From NCBI GenBank assembly GCA_964534625.1, contig CAZHRF010000005.1:41973-105972 (forward strand): a DNA stretch of 64,000 nucleotides, given 5' to 3'. Positions within the stretch are counted from its first letter, which is position 1. Each line of letters starts with the position of its first letter. Below are positions 59,380-64,000 of this stretch, piece after piece. Made by a program: the position numbers and the translations under genes. This DNA is from an uncultured archaeon (GTDB lineage Archaea; Asgardarchaeota; Heimdallarchaeia; Heimdallarchaeales; Heimdallarchaeaceae). Under the pieces are notes generated by a model. It ran no database searches. It was given only the letters and a program-made list of their open reading frames with translations, and had not been told where the DNA came from.

Positions 59380-59796
59380 ATGGAATATCTAACAACGTCA
59401 ACAATTCATAATAATAGTGAAAAAGTCAGTCTTTCGGACAATGTGATCAAGGAAATATCAAAGATTACGGAAAAAGGACAAATTTTAAGTGTATATTCAT
59501 CAAATGCTAGAGCAATATACTTTTTTCCAGTAAACTCAAAAGTTTATCGCATAAGCATTCAAATCTATCCGTTGACACCAGAGATTGTGGCAAGGATTAT
59601 GACTAAGATTTCTGAATTTGCGAGAAAAGTCATATACAGCACAGGTTTGTGTCTAATAGAGTCTAGATGTTTTTGGGAGGGTTATTTGGCAGAGAAGGAT
59701 TTATCAGTGGATTTTGACAAAATAAAAGAGATACTAAATTCAGTTCCTGAGGTAAAAGAAGTCGAGATTTCACCTGTTGAAATCGTTGATAAGTGA
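59380..59796 (+). CDS. Hypothetical protein, possible C-terminal ACT-like domain
   Basis: SD GGTGA; beta-alpha-beta pattern ending PEVKEVEI. Confidence 0.55.
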   Translation: MEYLTTSTIHNNSEKVSLSDNVIKEISKITEKGQILSVYSSNARAIYFFPVNSKVYRISIQIYPLTPEIVARIMTKISEFARKVIYSTGLCLIESRCFWEGYLAEKDLSVDFDKIKEILNSVPEVKEVEISPVEIVDK

Positions 59797-59808
59797 TCAA
59801 TAAATGAA

Positions 59809-60780
59809 TTACAAGTGAAGTTTGATATCTAAGACTTCAACTTGTTCTTTATATCTATTTCTTAGTGTTACTTCAGTAATTTGGCAGACCTTAGCCATTT
59901 CTTTTTGTGAACATTTTATACCATTATTTAATGCTGCAATATATAGTGTAGAAGCAGCTAAGGAGTTTGGATTTTTTCCAGCTGTTATTTTTGCTGCCTT
60001 TGCTTTTCTAAAGATTTCCTTTGCTTCATTTATAACAATCTGGGGTAAATTTAACATAGAACCAAATTTTACTATTTTTCCTTCTGGATTCGCTAAAGGT
60101 ATTTTAAAATCAAGATTTTTTAGAAGTAATCTATAATTCCTAGCAACTTTCTTTTTGCTTAATCTTGTTTTTTCAGCAATATCTTTTAATGTTGCGGGAT
60201 TCTTATTCAAACGACAAGACAAGTAAACAGACGCAGCTACTAAAGCTTCTGTAGACCTCCCTCTAATTAAACCCGTTTTTAGGATTTTTCGATAAACAAT
60301 TGCTGCTGTCTCTCTAATTTTCTGGGCAATATTTAGTTGACTACTTATCCTTTTTATTTCATTCAGTGCAATACGTAGATTCCTCTCTGTACCAAATTGA
60401 AAAACAGCTCTTCTTTGTAATGTTCTCAAACGGAACATTTGACTGGCTTTTTTTGGTGAGATATTTCTTCCAAAAATATCTCTATTATTATAATCAATAA
60501 CCGTTCCATATGGATCATATTGCAACAAGTTTTTTGGGCTCCCCGTTCTAACTCTATTATCGTGCTGTTCTTTATTATAGGCACGCCATTCTGGCCCTCT
60601 ATCGATCCAAGAGTCTTCTACTACTAATCCACAGTTCCCACAGACTATTTCGCCTCTTTGTGAATCAAATGTCAATTTATTGGAGTTACAATCAGGACAG
60701 TGTCTAATTCTTGCTCTTGCTTTATTATATGTACTATTACTTATCTCAGATTTATTGAAATTAATTGAATCACGAGGCAT
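59809..60780 (-). CDS. tfb: Transcription initiation factor TFB
   Basis: CPDC..RGEIVC.NCG, IDRGPEWRAY, two cyclin repeats, ITEVTLRNRYKE. Confidence 0.95.
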   Translation of the reverse strand: MPRDSINFNKSEISNSTYNKARARIRHCPDCNSNKLTFDSQRGEIVCGNCGLVVEDSWIDRGPEWRAYNKEQHDNRVRTGSPKNLLQYDPYGTVIDYNNRDIFGRNISPKKASQMFRLRTLQRRAVFQFGTERNLRIALNEIKRISSQLNIAQKIRETAAIVYRKILKTGLIRGRSTEALVAASVYLSCRLNKNPATLKDIAEKTRLSKKKVARNYRLLLKNLDFKIPLANPEGKIVKFGSMLNLPQIVINEAKEIFRKAKAAKITAGKNPNSLAASTLYIAALNNGIKCSQKEMAKVCQITEVTLRNRYKEQVEVLDIKLHL

Positions 60781-60950
60781 CCTAATTAGCTCCTATTTGC
60801 TAAATATATAAATATTGGGAGGTATATAAACTTGATTAATTGGTTGGTCTTTATTTTTTCTCGATGATGCAAACTATTAAAAATAATTTATTGTGGATTT
60901 TATCAAGAAAGATATATCTATCTTGTTCCACTAAATTAGGAGTGTTAAGA

Positions 60951-61352
60951 TTGTCACAAATAAAAACAGAATTTAAGTTAAATATTGGCGATAATGAAGG
61001 AAAATGCCACTCAAAAATTATTACTGAGGCTCAAGCCAACAGTTTAATCGGTTTAAAAATTGGCGATAAAGTGGATGGTAAATTAATTGGGTTTCCTGCA
61101 TACGAATTCATAATAACAGGAGGTAGTGATAAAGATGGTTTCCCCATGAGACCAGGGATACAGGGAAGTGGAAGACGAAAATACCTCTTGAGTGGCGGTG
61201 TAGGGTATAAACCAGAAAGAAAAGGAAAACGCTATAAAAAGAGTGTTAGGGGCAATACAGTTTCTGATGCTATATATCAAATTAATATGAAAGTAGTTAA
61301 AGAGGGAAAAAATTCAATCACCGAATTAATTGAAGAAAGTCTTAAGGCTTAA
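60951..61352 (+). CDS. rps6e: Ribosomal protein eS6
   Basis: ITGGSDKDGFPMR, KSVRGN, QINMKV; TTG start at 60951 after GGAGTG. Confidence 0.93.
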   Translation: MSQIKTEFKLNIGDNEGKCHSKIITEAQANSLIGLKIGDKVDGKLIGFPAYEFIITGGSDKDGFPMRPGIQGSGRRKYLLSGGVGYKPERKGKRYKKSVRGNTVSDAIYQINMKVVKEGKNSITELIEESLKA

Positions 61353-61512
61353 TCTCTCAAGTCCCTTTGAAGAATACTTTTCATATTTTTTATTTCCATA
61401 TCCATTCATCTTAAACTTAAACATTTTTTCGATTTTTAGTTTTGTTATTGTCATTTATTGTAAAAATCATTTTAAAAAAAATTAGGAAAAATATTCCCTA
61501 TAATTAAAAATT

Positions 61513-61977
61513 TCATTGTTGCTTATCTTTTGTTTCTGTAAAATAAAGATAGAGTGTAAAAAGTATCATCATAAAAAGCTCTCCACCATAAATCGTCCAA
61601 ATCATTGCTCCACTAAAATTAGTTTCTTGAACAGCTAAACCAGCAGGTCGAATTGAAACGACTAACCAAGTAAAAAGGAAGGTAAAGATTGCACTAAATA
61701 TGATACTTCCCCATGATGGTAAACTTGCTTGTATTTCTGATAGGGTTGCAATGAAAATCACTAAAAAGAAGAACATAAACGATAATAGTATAATTTGAAG
61801 TATAGTTAATCCAACTTTATATTCATTCAAATATAACCAACTGAGCCAATTAGGTGATTCTTCTTCAGAATAAGAAGCAAAAAGAAGGGATAAAATAATC
61901 ATTGCTACGGTTAGGATCCCACTTAAAAGTAATGTTCTATTTTTTTCGTTTCTCCAGATATTTTCGTATAAACTCAT
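61513..61977 (-). CDS. Hypothetical 4-TM membrane protein
   Basis: Four hydrophobic segments, SD GGAG. Confidence 0.6.
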   Translation of the reverse strand: MSLYENIWRNEKNRTLLLSGILTVAMIILSLLFASYSEEESPNWLSWLYLNEYKVGLTILQIILLSFMFFFLVIFIATLSEIQASLPSWGSIIFSAIFTFLFTWLVVSIRPAGLAVQETNFSGAMIWTIYGGELFMMILFTLYLYFTETKDKQQ

Positions 61978-62231
61978 TGTTTAATCTTCTCCGTGTATTA
62001 TCTCACTTTCATTTAAATTGAGCTAATTTAAAGATTTATTATAACACATTTTTTTCATGTGTTAATATTTTTATCTGTGCAATGCTCACAATAATAGATA
62101 TATAAATCCCTCGCCTTAATACAAAAATATATAGATCGAGAAATGTCATTTTTTTGGCTAAAAAAACTAAAAACTAACACTTTAAGTTCATAAAGTTTTT
62201 GAAGAGTTGAAGGTGAAGATATCCATCTAAG

Positions 62232-63068
62232 ATGAAAATGCAAATGAAGAAGGATTATCTCTCAAACCATGTTATATCTTGTGAAAATTACTTACTTGAT
62301 ACTAGTCATGAAAAGATAGAAAAACTCATTGAATTGGCGCTGAAGCTAAACATTAGAGTTCTAGTCTTCGAAAATTTAGATATTGTAAAAAGAGACAAAT
62401 TAATTAAAGAATTCCAAGATAGATATCCATTAATTTCACCAACTACACTCTTTCATCACTATGATACAATAGATGAAGATATTTTAATTAGAAATTTTAT
62501 TCACTATATAAGAAATAATAATCACATTTTAATTGCAACAAGAAAAACAATTACTGAAACTAATATCAATAAAGTTAAAAAATTTTTATCAAAAAACAGA
62601 TTTAACTTTGATTTAATCGCAGTAAGCGCTAACAGCGAAAAATTATTAAAATGGTCCTTACATGATCGCAGAATTGATTTTGTGACTGTTGACGATATTT
62701 CCAAAGGCCAAATTATCGATAAAGGTGTGTGTTCTCTTTTAAAAGAGTTTAATAAACCATTAGAAATTACTTTTTCTCCTATTCTAGACGCTAAAAACTT
62801 GAAAGAGATTAGTTATCATTTAAGAGAAAGAAAAAAACTAGTAAATTTACTTTTAGAGAAAAAAGTAGAATTGATTTTATCATCCAATCCCTCTAAAATA
62901 TTTCTCTTAAGAACAGCAGATCAATTACGTTATCTAGGTTCACTTATTTCAATTCCTTTCTCTCTTTCAAAATCATATGTATTAGAGAACCAATTAAGAA
63001 TTATAGTAAAAAATGTCATTAAACTGGATGAACGATATATATTTGAAGGAGTAAAGGAGGTAGAATGA
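62232..63068 (+). CDS. rnp3: RNase P protein Rpp30 (Rnp3), divergent
   Basis: DLIAV, DRRIDFV, LEITFSP, LSS.P....LR; adjacent to Pop5. Confidence 0.75.
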   Translation: MKMQMKKDYLSNHVISCENYLLDTSHEKIEKLIELALKLNIRVLVFENLDIVKRDKLIKEFQDRYPLISPTTLFHHYDTIDEDILIRNFIHYIRNNNHILIATRKTITETNINKVKKFLSKNRFNFDLIAVSANSEKLLKWSLHDRRIDFVTVDDISKGQIIDKGVCSLLKEFNKPLEITFSPILDAKNLKEISYHLRERKKLVNLLLEKKVELILSSNPSKIFLLRTADQLRYLGSLISIPFSLSKSYVLENQLRIIVKNVIKLDERYIFEGVKEVE

Positions 63069-63428
63069 ATGGTAGAGTTGTATAGAGATCGATATATAAT
63101 TTATGAAGTCATATCCAGTCACGAAATTAAGAACATTTATGTAATTAAAGAAACGGTTTGGAAAACTTATGGAGTTTTGTTTGGAGTAACAGAATCCGCT
63201 GATGCTGGGCTCTTTTTTAGTGATTATAATCACAAAAAACAGATAGGGATGGTAAGAGCCACCCATAAGTCCATTAAAAAACTGTTCAGCTGTTTTGCTT
63301 TTATAACAAATATTAATGGTAATGAAATAATAATCAGAGTACATTATACAAGTGGATTAATAAGAAAAGCTAAAAGAGTTTTTAACAAATTAATTGATGA
63401 CCCAGATACCGATAAAAAATTTGATTAA
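63069..63428 (+). CDS. rnp2: RNase P protein Pop5 (Rnp2)
   Basis: RDRYIIYEV, LFG, G.VR..H, TSGLIRKAK. Confidence 0.85.
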   Translation: MVELYRDRYIIYEVISSHEIKNIYVIKETVWKTYGVLFGVTESADAGLFFSDYNHKKQIGMVRATHKSIKKLFSCFAFITNINGNEIIIRVHYTSGLIRKAKRVFNKLIDDPDTDKKFD

Positions 63429-63450
63429 TAACATCGAATAAAACATAATA

Positions 63451-63933
63451 ATGAGCGATATCCCCCTAAATAAAAATGGTGAAGTAATTCGGCCAAGTTG
63501 GGACAAGTATTTTATGTCCATAGCCAATATAGTCAGAACCAGATCAACATGTGTAAGAAGGCAAGTAGGTGCTGTTTTAGTAAATGACAAACATCAGATA
63601 ATATCAACAGGTTATAATGGTGTTCCAAGAAATATCCGTCATTGTACGATTGCAAACTGCCCCAAATTACATGAAAAATCGGGAGAAAAAAATGATCTAT
63701 GCCCAGCTGTACACGCAGAGCTAAATGCCATAATACAAGCTGCCACAGCAAGTTTTAGTCCCGAAGGTGCAACACTTTATACTACAACGCGACCATGTAG
63801 TTCTTGTACAAAAGCAATAATTAATGCAGGAATAAAGAGAGTAGTATTCACACAAGATTACACTGATCCCCTCCTCAGATCAGGATGGCTAAATACCGAT
63901 GAAGTAAATTTTGAACTCTATAAAGAAAAATAA
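63451..63933 (+). CDS. dCMP deaminase (ComEB family)
   Basis: RPSWDKYFM, RSTC.RRQVGA, TGYNG, HAELNAI, PCSSC. Confidence 0.92.
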   Translation: MSDIPLNKNGEVIRPSWDKYFMSIANIVRTRSTCVRRQVGAVLVNDKHQIISTGYNGVPRNIRHCTIANCPKLHEKSGEKNDLCPAVHAELNAIIQAATASFSPEGATLYTTTRPCSSCTKAIINAGIKRVVFTQDYTDPLLRSGWLNTDEVNFELYKEK

Positions 63934-64000
63934 GTTTTCACAGGATATCGATTTGTTTCAAAATATTAAAAGCCAATACATTTTTTTATTCTATTTTTTT

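Overview
AT-rich archaeal chromosomal segment, most consistent with an Asgard archaeon (Heimdallarchaeia-like). The basis is archaeal information-processing genes together with eukaryotic-signature proteins: a UEV/Vps23-type ESCRT-I protein, a RING domain and a WD40 protein. Most of the window is housekeeping: the hsp20-cdc48-regulator cluster, tiaS, rpl7ae-rps28e-rpl24e-ndk-aIF5B, rpoN-rps2-mvk-ipk, the exosome cluster, RFC-L, ABCE1, ileS, rps15-DHH-rps3ae, tfb and RNase P proteins. An accessory patch (about 15.6-25.8 kb) surrounds the initiator tRNA-Met. Elements absent from the ORF track: (i) a roughly 470-nt GC-rich, multi-helix non-coding RNA candidate at about 14195-14666, directly upstream of (ii) a 56-aa short histone-fold gene; (iii) a 395-bp non-autonomous IS200/IS605 element retaining a TnpB omega-RNA-like scaffold; (iv) a box C/D guide RNA complementary to the 23S peptidyl-transferase region; (v) a 58-aa ferredoxin; (vi) structured leaders ahead of rpl7ae, rpl15e and rps15. 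Notable proteins are a Dna2 nuclease-helicase fused to a C-terminal RING, and a TPAP-repeat protein close to the UEV-Vps23 gene. All calls come from reading the sequence by eye; no searches or folding programs were run.
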